From Auanema rhodensis (Eukaryota; Animalia; Nematoda), in contig OZ059895.1 of assembly GCA_964057225.1 (NCBI GenBank), forward strand, positions 15,500,001-15,564,000: a stretch of 64,000 nucleotides of DNA, given 5' to 3'. Below, piece after piece: positions 10,983 through 24,300 of the stretch. Positions within the stretch are counted from its first letter, which is position 1, and the number at the start of each line of letters is the position of its first letter. The position numbers were made by a program, and so were the translations under genes. A model generated the notes under the pieces. It was not told the DNA's origin and ran no database searches. It saw nothing but the letters and a program-made list of their open reading frames with translations.

Positions 10983-13900
10983 TATACATTACCTGTATTG
11001 AGTCAACAAACAATGTCAACGCTTCTTTTACGTAATGTCAACAAAGGTTACGAGATTTTTGAGATCATAACCGTTTTTTAGCTTTTTTCTTGCGGAAACA
11101 AAGAGAATGAAAACATGCTGATTACTTAACCTAAACACACATATCCATCTTTCAAAACATAAGTTATATCATTCAGCAGTTGGTTCATATGCTTTCACTT
11201 GTTCCGAACATCGAGCGGTTGTCCTCGTTATGTTAGTAACAGTTGTTTTTTCTTTATAAGCCATCATCCAATAAGCTTCATTGAGAATCATAGAAATTGT
11301 TTGAGAATAAAGAAGAAATAACCCTTAATAGAGATGTCATCATCGTTCTTTCTTTCATGTAGAAACAGTTTTTTTTTATTTCTTTCACATATATCTGATA
11401 GTTATAATACCGCTCTCATTATCCAGCCTATAATTAAGTCAATTTTGTCATCAACTTGACCGCTAGCCGATCCCGACCTTTTGAGCACTTCAATAGCCTT
11501 ATTATAGATTATTATTATTATTTTGAAGTCTGACAGCTGACCAGAGCATGCCGGATATTCTCATTTAATGAAATTATTGTGTTTTTTCTTCCCAAAATTC
11601 AGAAGCAGCAGAAACAAACAAAAAAAAATTATTTGAAAAGAAAATTTCAGCTTTCAAATCATGTATGTATCCAATAAATATTATTTTATATTTATGGATT
11701 TATGGAAAACAAACAAAACAACAACAAATTTAAGAAATTCAAAAGAAACATAGACAGACACATGAACATCTGCTTTTTCTAATTTTCTCGAGAAACTTGG
11801 TGCATTCGTGAGAAAGATTCAGCAGTTTGAACTTTAAAAATCAGGCAATCATAACAGTTGCACGTGCAGCATACGTGAACACAACGTGTTATTCATTTCG
11901 TTTGATGTGCGCATGAAGAGCGGTCGGGTTTATGATGCACAGAACAAGCTGTGTTGCACTCAAACTGGTAAGGACTAAGCAACTAAGCTGCAAGTTGAAT
12001 GGAAAACACACATAAATAATTCTTTTCAAATATTTTATAAAGAGCATAGTTTAGTAAATGATAGCATAGTTAAGCATTTCATGTGGTTATGGAACGGCTA
12101 TTTGTATAAATACATCGTAAACATCTAATTTATAATTTATATTCAATTAGTTCCCCCCTTAAATCATTTTGTGATTCATCTCTGGCGAGAAGGTGTGATA
12201 ATGCGGGATAGTAAGGCGCATCCATCCTGATAGTGACGTCGGCAAGACTCTGTTGATCAGAAGAAGATGATGATGTTGATTAACTCCCTTTTTCTCTCTT
12301 AGTTTTTGTCTTTATTCCCTTTCTTTTACTTCATTACTACACAATACTGTCAACCTCATCTCAGTAGATCAAAGAACTGCCGACTTAGTGTATATGCCAA
12401 ACCAGCTGCCTATCTACTGTGTCGTTCTCATTCGCATTCTCTCTCTCTCTCTTTCTCTTTTTGCTGTCTTTCTCTTCTCCCTCTCTCATACACATTGTTT
12501 CTCTATCTCTCGCTATCTTTGGGGGTCTGAGCAGTCTTTGCAACTGTCAAACCAGACGAGACTTTGATAGAAACGAGAGAACAGGACAATGGAAATGATG
12601 ATGTCGGGATGAGGACATCAAAGAGATTATTCTAATAGACTAGAGAGGTGATAACTATAATTGAATATGTTTTACTCATGTTCAATATACTATATGATAT
12701 GTCCATAGATTATGCTATGAAGCTTTAACAATCTTGAATACATATGAGCTTCTTATAGAATATACAATATCCACCAAGATATAGACCACAAACCGATATA
12801 TCTTGATATCAGCCATTGAAACCCCTTGTTTTCTCTTTCTCTCTTTCTCTAAGTATATACATAATCAGCATAGTTACATCGTCATCTGTGAAATGGTATG
12901 GTGTTTGATGAACAATAGGCAACTGGTAACTGTTTGAAGATTTTTCGTTAAAACAAAGATCCCCCCTTTTCTCTCTCTCTCGATTTAGTGGTAATAGACA
13001 AATTGAAGATATTATAAGCTTATCCATAAAGTTTGTTAACAACCTTTGACCATGTTCTGACCGGTAATGTTTACTTAGGTAGCATTATCCGTATATTGTT
13101 CCGAAAAGTCGGATCATGAATGATCCTTTTATCTTTCTTCAAACATAAACTTATTATATTACACAGAGCATGATCATATAATTAGTATATCAGTATACAG
13201 GAAAACATGAATCAAAGGAAAGCAGCAAGAGAGATTGAGAGAGAGAGAGAGAGAGAGATGAGCTACTTCTTCTACCTCATCATCATCATCATCATCTTTG
13301 TCTTTGTCTTCTTTCAATTCACACAGACGAATACCGTACTTTCATCGATATACATACATGCCGTCGTCGTGATGATTGTTAGAACAGAAAATCGGACAAT
13401 ATCTGTAAGATATACGTATAGTAAAGGAATGATTTTCATTTGAGATAATGATGTGGAGAGACGGCTATCGTTTTACGTTTCATCGGTCAGGCACACCATG
13501 CCAATAGCAGAAAGTCAACGATTAACTTACAATAAAAGTTTTTTTATACTAATTATATGATATAGTTATTAATTATTATTACAATAGAAACTATGTTTAA
13601 TCTTGTAATACATCTTCTTCGACTTCTCTTCTTTTCCTTTTTTTTTTGTCGAAAAAAAAAGAAGAAAAGATGGATGATTGAGCAATATCATTACTTATAT
13701 AAATTATAATAAAAGTATATACATATAGTAAACATATATTCTAAGATATTTCTTTGAAATAGCATAGTTAAGTCCTATTTCAGTATATTCAAACGTATAC
13801 AACATTGAAAAATACCGTATCCTGTTGGGTTCTCTGGCTTTAAACCTGATGGAGTATTGTGTGTATGTGGTAGTCAATGTGCCAGCTCTTTTCAGTATAT

Positions 13901-14902
13901 AGATGAATCATATTCATTCATTAAATGTTATTTGTTGTTGTTTGTTTGTTTGATTGTTTGTTTATTTTTTGAATAAATAACAGCTTAATAAGGCTTAAAA
14001 TGATTTTCATTTTTCATATAAACATCAATGACAATAGAAATTATGAGAAGAATTCATATAATTTGCAAATGAAGTTTGTAGTTATGCATTTCACCGAAGC
14101 AGGTGAGCAGAAGAGAATATTTGGATGAGTCATATATGATAGAGAGATACAGGTTTTTGAGCATGAATTGATCAATTTATAGGAGATTTTCAATAGTTCT
14201 TAGCATTAAATTCATATAAATCACATATATCTTTATAGAAAATGAAGAAAAAACTACATTGTACTTGGAGAGAAGAGTCTGAACATCAGCTATATCTCAA
14301 TGAAATATGCGATGTATAGATAGTATAGTTTGTATAAAAAGTCTCATAATTAGTTAGAAGATTCAATTCAAACAGTTTCGAGAACATATATTCGGATATG
14401 TGATGTATGTCTGTGTGTATGTGTGAGTGAGTGTGTGTAACAGGCTTTTCCTTCACAATCATAATGTTTCTTTGGAGAAGACTGAACAGAGGCAGTTAAG
14501 TTTCAAGATGAAGCTACAACTAGTAGCTCTATCATGATTGAGTTGAGAAAGAGAATGAGAGCAAAAGATAGAGAAAGAGAGAAAAAATTGGGAATAAAGG
14601 GCTGCAGAAGGAAGGGAGTGAGTGAGAAAAAGGGAAAATATCATGATCACCTGCTCTCACAAGAAGTTACCCGAATTTCAAATATTTGTATGTTGATGTA
14701 TGTAAGGAAATTATTAATTATATAATAAAGATTTTGAAGAATCTGGTTGCGTTTTGGTCATCTTTCCTATGATTTCTGGATATATCGATCAGCTTGCTGC
14801 TGTTATCCTCTCACTTATACTTCTAGACTTTTTCTGTTTTGCCTCCTTCTCCTTCCTGATGTTTCATATTCTTACAATCTCCTTCAATCATGCTTCCTCC
14901 CT

Positions 14903-14946
<44 letters not shown>

Positions 14947-15680
14947 CTCTCTCCCCTGGTTTCTTTCACTCTTTTTCCATTTTTTGCATAATTTTATCAT
15001 TTTTCCCACGATTTGCAGGATATGCCATACTACTTCCGCTTCTATCATACTAATGACAAAACGTTTTCGTCATTAAACGGCGAATTTCTGACGAAAAAAA
15101 AAGGAAAAAGAGGAAAAGAAATTTGTAAATCATACAGACAGATCGACAGGCAGTTGGAGAGAAAAAGCGACTTGCAATAGTCCGATGATGTGTAGAATAC
15201 TGTAGATGAAATGAAGTTGAGAGAGAAAGAGAGAGGGAGAGAGGCCGAAATAAAGATAGAGAGAGAGATTGAAAGAGAGAGAGAAAAGAATGAAAAGAAG
15301 AACTAAAGATAATTTGATTTTCTAGGAAGGAATGAAGGAAGGAAAGGAGAGGGGTGGGGGGGGGGGGGTTAACTATCGTTTGGGTGGCTATGTCATTTTC
15401 AATTATAATCAGACTTAAACAGACAGTTTTCATCTCGAACTTTTTTTTGCGGAGGCGGAGGAGAAGAGGGGTTCTGTTCTTCTCAATTGCTTAAGAAGGT
15501 TATAGAAATATGGCCAAGTTTCTTAGTATAAAAATCGAAAAAGCGATTTATGGGCAGTAGAAGAGAAGAATAGGTTGAAGATGTCGCAGCAAAGGCCTTC
15601 TATGTGCATGTTTGTTGAGGAAATGATTGGTCCAAACACGAAAAATTCAAAAACAAATAGAAATTTCGGTATAATCCTAT

Positions 15681-18600
15681 TTACAGATGAGCTAGTTTAG
15701 CATCATCTGATGGAGGTGAATTATCCCAACATTGTACATTACGAGCCATGAAAGCTTGTTCCTTTTCCCTTTTTTTCTGCTTCATTCGACGGTTTTGAAA
15801 CCAAATTTTCACCTAAAAAATCATTTAATTAGATAAGAATGCTGTACCGAATTCATGATGTACCTGAGCTTCATTAAGCTTTAAGTTATTGGCTATTTCA
15901 GTTCGTCGCGTCCTGTTAACATATTTGGCTGTATGAAATTCTTTTTCTAATTCGGTAAGTTGATGTGTAGAGAAGTTTGTTCGATTCGTCCCATTCTCAT
16001 CGACGACTTTCTTTTTTGGCACTGAAAATACAAAATGTTCATTCCATATTTTGATAGAAATATTAAGAAAAAAATAAAAAATAACATGAAAATTTGAGAT
16101 TTTATGGTATAGAGAGTCTAGAGATCTAGAGACATCTTGAAGAAAGACTAAGATGTCTAGACACAAGACGCGCATAGATGGCGCATGAGGCTGATACAAA
16201 TAATTGGAGAACTGATAGAGAGAGAGAGAGAGGGGAATAGAGAGAGAGAGAGAGAGAGAGAGAAATAGAGAGAGAGGGTACAAAAAGAAATCTTCTTCTT
16301 CCATGTATGGCAATTTCAAACAAGTCTTTTCTCTTAGCATCGTATGAATGTGTGAATGTACTCTTCTGAAACTACCGTAATCTAAGACGCTATGTCGTAT
16401 TTTTCATTTTGAAAATGTGAGCTAGAGATTATATAAAATGATGAGAATTAGAGAAAAAGCAAAAGAAAAAGAAGAATAGTATGATTGGAGAAGACAATCT
16501 CTTCTTCGTCTCTGCCGACATCACTAACCCTACATCATCATCGTGGTCTTCTTCGCCTACTTCACTATCAGACTCTTTTCTCCATCTTTTCTAACACGTT
16601 GTTCCGTCTTTCTTCTAAACTCTATCCCCTTCTCAAGCCCCCTTCCCCCTCCTAACATTGAAGACTCTTCTGTTCACAGCCATGCCATATTACACATTGT
16701 CTTTCGCAAAATTTGTCAGTTTGACTAGAAAAATCACAAGTTTTTAGCTTTAGAAACACGGATAAAGGTGATTAAGATAATATATAAATGATCAAATAAT
16801 AATAATTATTATTATATTTCATATAAAATCAATAATAGATAATGAAGGTGAACAATGATATCTGAGAAAGCAAATGAGATGAATGACTGAAAGTTTTGAT
16901 GGATTGCCATGTTTTCACTGTTAGAAATTACCACAATGAGGCCAGAAGCAGCAACAATCAATATATTGATAATATATTTATATTGAAAATATGCTATAAT
17001 TCTTTTTTTTTATAAAATTAATGAAAAATGCACCAAAAACACAGCAAAAAAAAATTTAATATTGAGATTACGGTAGGTGATGTCTCGTCTCCCCCCCCCC
17101 CCCCCCCCTTCTCTCTCTCTCTCTCTCTCTCTATTCATACATACACGTACGTGTATATATGTATATACATATAAAGAGAGAAAAGAAGAAAAAGAGAATA
17201 TACAAAATATTTTCAAAAATTTGACAAAGATGACCAAAAAATGTCCTTGTGCTTGGCTTGCTGGCTGGCTGGTAAAATGGAAAGAGAAGTATCTTCCACT
17301 AGATTACCTTCAACAACTTTTTTTTTGCTTTGTCATCATCATTATCATCATCAGCAACAGCAGCAGCAGAAGCAGCCCAGTACCGAAGTATAAGGATTGT
17401 ATAAGCATATACATGAGTTAGAAGCATTCTGATGATGATGCATATGTTGGGAAGAATCAATAAATGATTTTTGTAGTAAAAGTTAAAAGTAAATACAGAT
17501 GATCAATCAAAATCTCTCGCCTCTTAATGATTACGGCAATGGCTAATGTGGTAGGAAGGGGATAGAGGTGAAGAGACAAGTAGTAGCATATGGCTAGAAT
17601 AAAGCTCATTATAATCAATTAGATTAGTTTATTTGAAGATAAATAGGTGAAATATACTTTAAAATGTTTGTTTTTTCTAATTTAAGTTGAATATATCAGC
17701 TTTAATCCTAAGATATATTCGAAAGAATAAAGGGCATGAGGAAGAAGAAGAAGAAGAAGAAGAAGAGGATTTTCCCATTTGTAATTGATGATGTTGATGA
17801 TGTCGATGATGTCGGTTAAGGAAGAGTCAGAAAATACAGATGGTAGCTGGATAGTTGGATTAATAGTTTTCAGACATCTTCATTCTACCGTAATCGATAG
17901 GAATATTTGGAGCATATACATGTGTATATATATAGCATTATGTTCTTTTCAGGAGTCAGAAATGAGACTAAAAAGCTGAAGTCACAAACCACCAAAGATG
18001 TGCGCATGGAGCTGGGTGAAGAGAAAGCAAGTATGTTAGGCAGAAAGAAGGAAAAAGAGAAAGAGATGGAAAGAGAGAGAGAGAGAGAGAGAGGGTCAAA
18101 GAGAAGAGAATATAAGCAAGAGCATGTAACAGAAGAAACATTTGCATATATTCTCCAAGCTACAGTAGTCGAAAGTGAAGAAAAAAATTGTTTTTCGATT
18201 TTAGGTTTTTTTGAGCTTTGCTTCTCCAAATGTTTGTTTTATTTTCTCGCAAAAATAATTGAATATGACATTCTGTCAGAATTAACAGTTGAATTTACTT
18301 AAAATCTTCTTATTGATTGGATGTTCAAGATGAATTTTGACCACACAGATTGTATAAAAAAAGCTTAAAGAGTGATCAATCAGTTTCTCATGTCTTACGG
18401 CCGTCTAAGACGAATGAGGTTCGAGATAGGAGAAAAGAGTTTTAACTCGCTCTCCAGCATACACATACTCACGGTATAACATCAACGAACAAAACAGAAG
18501 AGCTTAGAGGAAAATGAGGAATAGCTAGTGATTTTAGTCCCAGTCACCTGACTTGAAGAGAAGCATTTGCCTCATCAGACGTAGTTCAAAGTTTGTTTTG

Positions 18601-19205
18601 AGCAGACACGAATGAGAAGAAACAAAAACAAATTAAGTTCGATATAAATGGATTTAGATGAATGAATAATATTTCGGAATAATATAATGAAGAAGAAAAC
18701 ATTAAAAATACGAAAATCAAACAAAGAAATCGAAGAAAATGTAAGAAAAGTTGTGGACAAACCTGGTTTATGAGTTCGCTTCGTATGCATCCATTTGTAT
18801 GTGCTTTGAGTAGGCTGGGGATTGAAGTGAGTTTGAGCTGGACCATTCCAAATATCGGCAGAAGTGGATGGCGGGCCAAGTGTGGTGTACATTGGTGGTG
18901 TGGAAGCTGTGCTAGAAGCTACAATTCCACCGTCTCGAGTACTGAAGTAACATGACATTAGCAGGAAAAAACAATAGCAAAGTCGAAACAAGGGGGGGGG
19001 GGATGGTGAAGGGAGAAAAAGCTATGTGCATGAGGGAAATGATGTAATATGTTTGCAATGCGAACTGACAGACAGATGAGTTGATTTGAGTTAGAATACG
19101 TTGAAGAAAAGCTGAAACAAACCTTGTCCTATCATAGCCGAATGTGTATGGAGCTGGCCAATCGGCTGTTGGGTAATAAGCAGCATAAGAATCAGTACAA
19201 CTCAT
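15681..19205 (-). CDS. ceh-13: Hox1/labial homeodomain protein CEH-13
   Basis: Exons 19205-19123, 18941-18763, 16021-15864, 15812-15681. Labial-type hexapeptide TYKWM and homeodomain [59 protein letters not shown]. In-frame upstream ATGs exist (to 19238); MSCTDSY was chosen by analogy with C. elegans MSSTECY. Confidence 0.95.
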
Positions 19206-19339
19206 TTTCATAGGATCTTCCTTGACGTATAATACCATTTATAGATGGTTATAAGCAATACAAATCTATGAATTCGTATAAACGAATCAAAGATGGCAAA
19301 AAAGACGGTAATGAGCTAAAAAAAACTCAGTTTCCGTCT

Positions 19340-19505
19340 TGAGTTATCAGCTGCCGGTTGCCGGGACCAATAAATCACGACTGTTTGACAGGAGGGAAGA
19401 TGGAAGACCGAACGTGGGCGCTGGACCGATGAGGGCGGCGCTACTTAGGTCGGTGGGCGTGGTCAACCAATAGACAGCGAGCAGGCGTGGCTTCAACTGG
19501 CAACC
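19340..19505 (-). promoter_or_regulatory. GC-rich proximal promoter of ceh-13
   Basis: Abrupt GC-rich island 135-300 bp upstream of the ATG. It contains two CCAAT boxes, two GGCGTGG (Sp/KLF) boxes, a TGACAG (Meis-type) site and CCAATAAATCA (TGATTTATTGG on the minus strand). Confidence 0.6.
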
Positions 19506-21360
19506 TGATGGTATACGATCTGAAATGGAAATAACTCATGCTTCAATGAAATAAAGTTACTCATTGTCATAAATTCGAAATAAATGAGTTGTCAAACAAA
19601 ATGAAATAAAGAATACAGAAAATGATGGAAAAAAACGAATTGTATACAGCGCAAGCCTGAAAAGATGGTATAATAGGTTTTAAAGTTTGTGAACAATCGA
19701 AACTTGAACTGAAAACTTGTAAACTTGGTTATGAAGTTGAAAGTATTTTCTTGAAATTCCAGAAATATTAAGAATATGAGATGATAGTGCATTGAATGAA
19801 GAAGTAGCTTCTTAACGATTTGAAGGCTTTCCCCCCAAATTTCTTGCTGTATAGTTGTGAAAATGATTGATAAAACAAGTTCATAATTGCTTTTAACTAA
19901 TACATTTCAACAGACATACAGTTTAAAAAAGATTTTTTAGTTTGTCTTTAAAAGATAAAATGAGGTCATTTGATCAGATGAGTTGAATCACAACCATCTG
20001 CGAAAAATGTTAGGGGGGGGGGGTTAGTGGTTGGAGGGGGTAGGGGGATACTGTATTTTACAAAAGAAAAATCAGGTTGAAGCTGTATGAAAAAATGATT
20101 ACAAAGCTTTTTGGATGAAAAAGTTATAAGCTGATACCATGTTATAACTTGAAAATATTAGTTTTTTCCATTGAAAAACTCAAAAAAATAATTTAAGGTG
20201 AGTGCATGACTATCAGCGAAGAATATAGTGAATTCTAGCAATGAAGCGAAAAATAAAATTAAAAAAAAAAAGATTTTAAAGAAGCGTCACCTAAGGGATA
20301 GAGAGACAACATGACCAAAACCGATGAGATGCCACTCGTAATCAAAGGAACGGAAGGTCATCTATCAAAGGAACGTGCTTCTAACATTTCTTTGAAATAA
20401 TGATTTATTGGATTGAATAAAAAAGAATTTTGAAGAGAGCTTTTCGCAACATTCTCAGACCATGGGAGAATGAGAAAGTGAATTTTCAATTAAGCGTAAT
20501 ACCATGCTTAATAATCTGCATGTTTTCAACATGTCTTGTGTTGCAAAAGCTGGATCATTCATCTCTTCTTCCTTTTTTTTCAAAAAAAAAATAGAGATAA
20601 GATGGTAGTTGTGGAGCAATTATCATCGAAGGAGCGAAGCAAGGAAGGATTCCAAATGTTTAGAAACTTTCCAGGGGGCAAGGGAGGGAAAATGTAAGTT
20701 GGATGATGATGCAAGCAATAAAACATCAATTACACAAATAAAAAGGTCAAAAGGTCGAATGATAATGAACTACCTCTAATGGCTAGAAACACGACGACGA
20801 CGACACAACAGATAGACGGAAGACGTCGGATAGAGGGGATGGGAGTAGGGGGACTGATGAAGATGATAATGATGATGATGATGATGATGATGATGATACC
20901 TTAACTAATGGGCTGAGGTCGTGCTGTTGTAAATCATAGAATCAGAGGACAGTTCGGCAGACGACGTGAACAGAATATGAAGATTATAGAATAATCATTT
21001 GTTTTACAAATGACAACCTGTCCTTTTACTATTTATCTTTTCAATCATCAATTGGGAAAAAAAATGGTGAAAATGAAGAAGAAAACTGATGATGATGAAC
21101 GTAACTATAACAGATGTGCCACCAAATAATGATGATAAATTCACGTGCCAACTATACTAATGGGGAGAAAAAACTTATGTTCGAACAGGCATTATTAGGT
21201 TGATGAGAGTTGTAGCTCGTACAATCAGGTTGTAAGAGTATCTGCATCTAATAGATATGTTACGATATGATTTTGACTAATTTGTTGATGAAACTGAAAT
21301 GAGAGACCAGAGCTCTTCTTGAATCGATAGATTGAAACGAAGCAGAGAGTATGTATACGA

Positions 21361-21380
21361 GGGGGGGGGGGGGGGGGGGG
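21361..21380 (+). repeat. Poly-G tract (G20)
   Basis: 20 consecutive G. Also C18 at 17091-17108, G13 at 15356-15368, and G11 at 18992-19002 and 20013-20023. Confidence 0.95.
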
Positions 21381-24300
21381 CGCATGGAAGTTCAGGAGAA
21401 TTCATGTTGTTATATGGACACAAATGCTCTTATATGTATGTTGTGAGGAGAAGAACTTGAAGTTCATTTATCATAAGATCAAACAAGAGAGAGAGAATGA
21501 GGTATATTATGAAAATATGATGATAAAAATCAGGGAAGCATGCTTCATCTAGTAGCATTTCCTTTTCCCGTAAAACAACGAAATATCCGCAAAAATGGTC
21601 CCGTAGGGAATATGTGGTTCGACATTTATCATGCACTTCAGACACACATGCCTTATAGAGCAGAAGCTCAATAACAAGTGTTTATAGACATGCCAATTTA
21701 TGACCCCTCTACTTTGAAATATTGATGTCTTCTGCTTTTTAATCAGAATAAATAAATTTTTAGAGAGTTGTTGTTAGAAGAAACTACAGCCCTGATAGTT
21801 AGGTGAAAACAAATATGTTTTTTCTTATTTAAACCACAGAAAAAAAGTGAAATAATAATGATTCAATATTGGAAAAAGCACAAGCTTCTTCAATTTGTCC
21901 ATGTTTTGAAAGCTGCAAGTTGCATGTCCTGTACACAAGTTCTTCATTGTGCGAAGCGCAATTTATACAAAAATCTGCTTTCAGCTAAAACGGTAAAACG
22001 GATTTTCTTGAATATTTTTGAATATACATGATGAGTTACACACGTTGCTTAGGAAAACTTGGACGAAATCGAAATTTCGTTCATGTATCTTCTATACTGA
22101 GGTTTAGTGAACTCGAATTTGCGGGATTACTGTAGTGATCTTGACGTCGTGTTCATTGAGCCGTGTGTAAACAGGAACAGTCGAGAAAATGAAAATAGTT
22201 AAAAAATGGAAGAGAATTTAGAGAAAAAAATCATTTGGAACAACGGACAACTATCCGGTGCCTAGTTTTATCCACATAACATAAGCTTTTCTTTCAAAAT
22301 ACATAATGATTATGATGGATTTATAAAGAGAATTTGCAATACATGCAGTCATGGCAATGTAGTTTAATAGAAAATCAAAGGGATTGCAAATGCTGAGCTA
22401 ATGATGTTGGATGTAGAGTAAGTTGTACATGAAATCCGAATAAGTTGTCGAAATGCGTTTGAAGTGTTTCAGTTACAAAAGAAGAAAAATATTCGTAAAG
22501 TTGTAATGGTAGTAGAGAACTGTACATGGAGGTCTTACAATAGGATTTCAGCACTGGCATTATGTGTGATTTTGATTGAAAAAGTACATCAAATAGTACG
22601 GTATTAAGTAATGATTTTGATTTTTTGAATTATTTTCTTTTCTTTTTTTTCAAATAAAAACGAAAATGAAAAATTTATTTCAAAAATATAAGAAATATAG
22701 TAGGTTATAGGCAAAAATGTCATAATAATACAGAAATAGAAAATGACATAGTTTTACAAATATTTCAATAAAATATTGTTTTAATTAATTTTTTTATGTA
22801 AAAATTAATTAATTGATAGTGAAAGAAGATACATAATGTGAATGATTAGTTAGAAACAAAGGATTTTTATTTTATAAATGAGGAAAAGGGGTGGGTTTGA
22901 AAGAAGGAAGACAGATAGATAGACATAGAAGATGGATCGAAAGATGGACACAGATAGATTGGAATGTTCAGTATGATAGAGCTAGCTCGTCGTTTAACTG
23001 CTGTAAGTATGCTTTTCGAACTTATTCATATGAAAGACTGAAATTAATCATTAATTTCAAGAAATTCTTCTTATACAGTAAGCTGAGAAACAGTCTAAAC
23101 AATGGTGGTCGAAAGATCGATGATGCTAGTGAAGATGGGTTGGGGAGAGGGGGGGGGTGAGACTTCAGTATAGAATAAAGATGAAGGCTTGAATAGCAAG
23201 TACTTAAAGAATAAGGAAGATACAAGAATGAATTGAAGCTTTCATAAACATTCAGAAAATAAGTAATTAGAAGAGAAAGAATGCTAGATTTTACTGTACA
23301 AAGTATACGATGGATGAACAACGATGAACTACTTAGGTAAGTAAGAGAGATAGAAGAACAAACTACAACATACATACTTACACAACTTATAGTTTTATAA
23401 TCATTAGAATCATAATAAATATTATTAAAGATAAAGAGATAGAAAATGTGAGATAAATAGGTGGTACAAATCGTATAAGAGAAAAAAAAGATAGTTCAGG
23501 TATGTTATTAGTGTGACAAATGGGATCGATTACTGTAGATGATGGTTGATGATACGTCAAAACTGAAGAAGAGGAGGAATAAAGAAAACGATAAGACAAA
23601 TATATCAAAAGATAATGAAAACAGAAGAGATGATAGAGACATGCCAGAGAAGATAGTTGATGAAGTGACGGTGGTCCAGCTAGACTCTCTGTTGGAGCCA
23701 GGTGAACTACTCCTATACAAGAGGATGGATTACCTAGGATAGATCATGATCATTTGTCACTCTGTATATACTTCCATAGTCTGTAACATATGAGAATAAA
23801 AAAGAGTTTGCATTCTTATCAAGGACGATCCTTATCGAAATCAAAACTTACAACTTCAAATCACTACATTCTCCTCGAACATACAACTCGTCAACGCACA
23901 CACACACACATACACCCAACAGCTTCACTATTCTACAGTTCATTCTACTTGTATGTAATCATTTCTCAACTAATATTAGGCTAATCGTCTATTGTTCATT
24001 TTTTTTCTTATTTTAGACTGTTTTTGTTCACAAATTATATGTAACTACACCTATATCAGAGCCTGCAACGCTTGCTTTGTCACTAATTTTCGTCAAAAAA
24101 CCACGTGCTACAGGACACGCGCCCTTCTCTTGGTTTCTCCTTTTTTAAACTCTAAGTTTTTGTCTATTCTTCTGTTTCAAATACGATATTTGATGAAAAT
24201 TTCTTTTTTTTTGTTTTATTTCAAGAACATTGTTTTAAAATATTTCATCTTTCATTATGTGTGATCAGTCAATATATCATCAAAGTTATAACTTAATAAT

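Noticed and set aside
11216-11222. CGGTTGT heptamer as a further copy of the bipartite element
   Set aside because: No TCATTTY-like box at 19-22 bp (nearest is TCATATG at 24 bp). Counted as the one exception.
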